Shown in pieces: positions 27,490 through 29,441 of a stretch of DNA of 29,441 nucleotides; position 1 is the stretch's first letter, and each line of letters begins with the position of its first letter. The notes under the pieces were generated by a model. It did not search any database. It was not told where the DNA came from and was given only the letters and a program-made list of their open reading frames with translations. Source of the DNA: Candidatus Angelobacter sp. (GTDB lineage: Bacteria > Acidobacteriota > Terriglobia > Terriglobales > Acidobacteriaceae); NCBI GenBank assembly GCA_049697035.1, contig JBAVUZ010000268.1, positions 1 through 29,441 on the forward strand, written 5' to 3'. Made by a program: the position numbers and the translations under genes.

Positions 27490-29441
27490 TTACGGATTTG
27501 TGTTGGTATCGCCGGTTGTGCCTATGTCGAACCGCAGCATCATGGCATGGTCTTCATGTATGACGTTATGGCAGTGCATTACATACCTGCCAAGCCAGTC
27601 GCGGAAGCGCATCTTAATGGTCGCGTTGCTCTTGGGCGTCAAGCGGACGGTATCCTTGCGGGCCAGATTCACACCTGATGGTGAATTGCTACTGCAACTG
27701 GACCAACAGTACTCGCTGCCCCATTTGCTGTAGTTGCTGGTATCGTCTGTGCTGCTGCCATACAGGCCCGGGGCGCCCTTCGTGACCTGGTGCTCTTCCA
27801 TGTGCACGTGGATCGGGTGTGACCAGTTCCATCCGTTGGAGAAGTTCCACTGCTCCAGGCTGTTCTGCTGCACGGTGAAGCGCGTGGTGTTACAGCTGAA
27901 CAGCTTGCTGTTGATTGTCCACTGGCCGTTCCAGCCCTGATCGAAGTTGAAGTTGCGCGTGACCCGCGGTGAAGCGCTCACGCTCGGCAAAGCGTAGTAG
28001 CTCGGGAGTGTTGCGGGGTCCACGCTGTTGTCGGCCGCCGCCGGCTGGTCCACTACGATCTGCAGCATCAGGAAGCCCTGGCCTCCGCTCACTACTGATC
28101 CCGTGGGTCCACCCTGACCGTTCGGCTGGTTCAGGCGATTTTCCAGATAGATCGTCTTTCCCGCGTATTTTGAGAAATCGATGATCACGTCCGCGCGCTC
28201 CGCTACTCCCAGCGCGACCGCCGGCACTTGCACCGGCTTGGGCAGCAGGTTGCCGTCATTCGATATCTGGTAGAACGGGTTGGTGGCCGAAGTATTCGTC
28301 AGGTCTGTAATGTATATCTGCACGAACCGTGACGGCCCTGTGTTGATCCAGCGGAAGCGATAGCGCCGGGGACTGACGTGCAGTACAGGCTGAATCACTC
28401 CGTTCACCAGAAACTTGTCCCCCAGGATGCCGTCCGTGTTGAACGTGTCGAACACCAGGTCTCCGGTGGTCGCGTCAAAACAGCGGTCGGCGAACATCAT
28501 CGGAATGTCATACGTTGGGAATGACGGCAGGCGGAATCCGGTGGTCTCGTCACCGGTGTCGGAGTTATTGAACAGGATGTAATGCCCGACCAACCCTTTG
28601 TACACGTTCTGGGCCGTGAAGCCCTCGCGATGATCGTGGTACCACAGAGTGCTCAGTGCCTCGTTGGGGTCGCCGTTGGTTGAGATGTGGTCGGAAAGAA
28701 AGCCGGCAAGCTGGTTCGGATAATACTGGTCGTAATACTGGCCGGATGCAAAGTAATCACAAGGGAATCCGTCACTCTCTGAAGGCGAGTGGCCGTTGTG
28801 CAGGTGGGTGGAAACTGAGTTGATTCCGAAACCGCCATTGTCGGAAGGCAGGTTGTTGTAGTTGCGAATCAGGAACGGGTTCCCATAGTGCCCTACGTAG
28901 GTAGGTCCAGGGCTCGTGCCGTCGAACGTCCACAATCGCTGCATGGGCAGGTCGGGTGACATGCTCACATTCGCCACCTGCTGGTTGACCTGGTAGATTG
29001 TGGTGGCCGGGAAGGGAAGGTTGCCGTTGCTGCCGATGGGTGACTGATGCGCTCGCGTCCGGCCTTCATAGGCAATGCCCGTTGCGGGATTGATCACGTT
29101 GTTCGGGGCGATGGTCGGCGCCGGCCCTGTCAGCGCGGAAAGAGCGGTGGGCTGCTTTACCGTCGGAATCGGCATGTTCATCACCCACGGACGCGTTGTC
29201 GGGCTGGCACAATTGCCGCAGCCGCTGCTTCCGGAATAGCAGTTGCTGCCGCTGCCCCAACTGTCGGCCCATGCCCGCGTGCTCAGGCCTTTCTTGGCAA
29301 TCAACATTCCTGCGCCTGTCAGCAGTCCCATTTTCATCAGATCACGGCGACTGGTTAACCCGGCTTTTACCAACTCCTGCCGGTTCTTAAAGGCGTTGTA
29401 CATTTCTTTCCATCGTGCGCGAGAGACTTTCTCGCCATTCG
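27490..29441 (-). CDS. Multicopper oxidase (CotA/bilirubin-oxidase-like) with Tat signal; 5' end may lie beyond the window
   Basis: Copper motifs THLHNG, WYHDH, HPIHVH, HCHNVIHEDHAMM; SRRDLMK Tat motif. The frame stays open upstream of ATG 29403 to the window edge. Confidence 0.93.
   Translation of the reverse strand, partial: NGEKVSRARWKEMYNAFKNRQELVKAGLTSRRDLMKMGLLTGAGMLIAKKGLSTRAWADSWGSGSNCYSGSSGCGNCASPTTRPWVMNMPIPTVKQPTALSALTGPAPTIAPNNVINPATGIAYEGRTRAHQSPIGSNGNLPFPATTIYQVNQQVANVSMSPDLPMQRLWTFDGTSPGPTYVGHYGNPFLIRNYNNLPSDNGGFGINSVSTHLHNGHSPSESDGFPCDYFASGQYYDQYYPNQLAGFLSDHISTNGDPNEALSTLWYHDHREGFTAQNVYKGLVGHYILFNNSDTGDETTGFRLPSFPTYDIPMMFADRCFDATTGDLVFDTFNTDGILGDKFLVNGVIQPVLHVSPRRYRFRWINTGPSRFVQIYITDLTNTSATNPFYQISNDGNLLPKPVQVPAVALGVAERADVIIDFSKYAGKTIYLENRLNQPNGQGGPTGSVVSGGQGFLMLQIVVDQPAAADNSVDPATLPSYYALPSVSASPRVTRNFNFDQGWNGQWTINSKLFSCNTTRFTVQQNSLEQWNFSNGWNWSHPIHVHMEEHQVTKGAPGLYGSSTDDTSNYSKWGSEYCWSSCSSNSPSGVNLARKDTVRLTPKSNATIKMRFRDWLGRYVMHCHNVIHEDHAMMLRFDIGTTGDTNTNP

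Overview
The window looks bacterial; the gene set and sequence style suggest Acidobacteria (inference, not a database result). It has four parts. (1) 1-1420 is a hairpin-rich stretch with no credible gene, containing a 79-bp direct repeat and 15-bp micro-repeats. (2) 1425-15840 is an apparently co-regulated cell-surface locus. It holds three paralogous secreted proteins (an unrecognised Cys-containing, beta-propeller-like N-terminal domain + 2xFN3 + 2xDUF11-like), a divergent SurA/PrsA-like foldase and a Crp/Fnr regulator. Its non-coding DNA carries a duplicated ~185-nt pseudoknotted RNA motif with compensatory changes, a small ORF homologous to the N-terminus of the largest protein, four copies of an ATTAA operator-like box, a conserved pre-start motif and a family of related hairpins. 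(3) 16041-22583 is an RNA/cold-stress-like module: an RpoD-type sigma factor, a DExD helicase, an RRM protein, small basic proteins and a PLP aminotransferase. (4) 22808-29441 holds general-stress and copper genes: a ThDP pyruvate oxidase-like enzyme, DUF6496, an SDR, a TonB-C protein, SCO and a Tat multicopper oxidase. The best candidate for an undescribed system is the RNA-motif-controlled surface-protein locus in part 2. All structures were read by eye; no folding or database searches were run.
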